The notes below the pieces were generated by a model. That model worked only from the letters and a program-made list of their open reading frames with translations, searched no databases and was not told the origin of the DNA. Below are positions 1 to 6,102 of a DNA stretch of 6,102 bases, piece after piece (the stretch's first letter is position 1; each line of letters starts with the position of its first letter). Position numbers and translations under genes: made by a program. This stretch comes from Ramazzottius varieornatus (taxonomy: Eukaryota; Animalia; Tardigrada): contig BDGG01000043.1 in NCBI GenBank assembly GCA_001949185.1, positions 1 to 6,102 of the forward strand. The letters are read 5' to 3'.

Positions 1-58
1 AACTCGAACACGCAGAAGGAATTCCNTTGATGAACACCAAACAGAAAATTCTGCTTAC

Positions 59-2639
<2,581 letters not shown>

Positions 2640-2701
2640 TCTTGTCCACGATGGAGCACTGCCCACTGGATTCCAGACGTCCAAGATCCCTCACTGGGAA
2701 C

Positions 2702-2735
2702 CTGCAAACGAAAGCACGGATGGGGAAGAAACGAA
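2702..2735 (-). promoter_or_regulatory. Splice acceptor upstream of RPL3 exon 1; candidate spliced-leader trans-splice site or end of a 5' UTR intron
   Basis: Pyrimidine-rich TTCGTTTCTTCCCCATCCGTGCTTTCGTTTGCAG|G, 62 nt upstream of the ATG. Confidence 0.55.
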
Positions 2736-2739
2736 GCTA

Positions 2740-3000
2740 TGAATGCCGGACTTCGGAGAAAGGCTTTGAAAGCCGAAAATTTTAATTGCGACACGTCGAA
2801 ACCTACACAGCTTTAAGACAAATATCATGACGTCATCCTTGATACGGGTGGTTTGTGCCTTTCCCGTCAGTCAAGCATGACGTAAGAGACTGAAAGTCTG
2901 TTAGGATGACCCATAAAGGAAATCCCGTAAGCTCTTCATGTACGCTTTGTGGGCGTCGCCGTTGTACGAGTGCTTGATTGAGTTCGTTGATTTACCGAAA
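2740..3000. promoter_or_regulatory. Putative bidirectional promoter between RPL3 copy 1 and the proline iminopeptidase gene, with CRE/ATF-type sites
   Basis: The divergent start codons are about 520 bp apart. There is a perfect palindrome ATGACGTCAT at 2827-2836, a TGACGTAA at 2878-2885, and an AT-rich block at 2775-2787. Confidence 0.5.
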
Positions 3001-3155
3001 GTAAGAGAATGTCTTTGCAGAACGCGATAAAACGAGCGTTATCTTCTTCCTATCATTGCTTCACCCTGCGATATGCTTACTTTAATGCTTCTGTTTGTAG
3101 GTGTGAGCCAGTTCTAAGTACCTGCAGGAACGTCCCCACCAGCAGCGGAAGGAAG

Positions 3156-3242
3156 ATGTCTGTCACTTACGCGACAACCAAGGATCTTGTGCGCGACTTG
3201 TATCCTGAGATCGAACCCTACCAGTCCGGCTTCCTGCGCGTT
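3156..3242 (+). CDS. Proline iminopeptidase (prolyl aminopeptidase, peptidase family S33), N-terminal fragment truncated by the gap; possible upstream in-frame start at 3009
   Basis: MSVTYATTKDLVRDLYPEIEPYQSGFLRV resembles the characteristic N-terminus of S33 proline iminopeptidases (R-x-LYP-x-I-x-PY-x-x-G-x-L-x-V). It is preceded by a splice acceptor, TTCTGTTTGTAG at 3100. Only 29 codons are visible, and no catalytic motifs. Confidence 0.72.
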
Positions 3243-3252
3243 NNNNNNNNNN
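3243..3252. other. Assembly gap (10 N placeholder)
   Basis: The run of N interrupts coding exons on both sides, so the real gap must be much larger or the join is wrong. Confidence 0.99.
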
Positions 3253-5754
<2,502 letters not shown>

Positions 5755-5914
5755 TCTCTTCACGAATCACGACGAGACGATCTTCAATTGCTTCCCACTT
5801 CTATAGTCACCGGAAACCTCCAAAGCAAGAGGACAGACCGCCGAAAGAAAACTTCCACAGTGGGATACGAGTCACTCCTATGGGTTAGGGGCGCAGTAGT
5901 AGACACTATGAAAT

Positions 5915-6050
5915 TTCTGAAGAGCCAGAAAAATTTATTGCGAGTTTGCGACGTTTCTCATTCTAAATACTTGTTTCCTGAAAAGTGAGTGATTACGTCA
6001 CAACAATTGCCTGTAGTCTATGTGTTCTTTCATTCAGCCTGGTGACGTCC
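5915..6050 (-). promoter_or_regulatory. Putative promoter of RPL3 copy 2
   Basis: The AT-rich block agccagaaaaatttattgcga (5923-5943) resembles copy 1. CRE-like TTACGTCA at 5993-6000 and TGACGTCC at 6043-6050. Confidence 0.42.
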
Positions 6051-6102
6051 CGCCGACGCAGCTGGGAAGCCGAATATAGGCTAATTTGGCTTGACAGTTG
6101 AG

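Noticed and set aside
5881-5891. Telomere-like GGGTTAGGG
   Set aside because: A single unit, expected by chance.

Overview
Eukaryotic, intron-rich genomic DNA of about 50% GC, probably an invertebrate animal (a clade I nematode would fit, but this is inference). The window holds two minus-strand copies of the 60S ribosomal protein L3 gene (RPL3/uL3), separated by a 10-N assembly gap at 3243-3252. From exon 2 to exon 9 (about 2.33 kb, introns included) I see only one 1-nt indel between them. Their intron 1, exon 1 and promoter are homologous but strongly diverged. Each copy hosts two intronic box C/D snoRNAs with clear 18S rRNA guides: an SNORD83/snR52-type guide in intron 4 and an SNORD82-type guide in intron 7. 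Each also carries candidate splicing-control elements: a 33-nt stop-containing poison exon in intron 6 and twin hairpins with the same internal loop in intron 3. A dispersed ~50-bp inverted-repeat element sits in introns 4 and 6. Head-to-head with copy 1 is the 5' end of a proline iminopeptidase (peptidase S33) gene, cut off by the gap.
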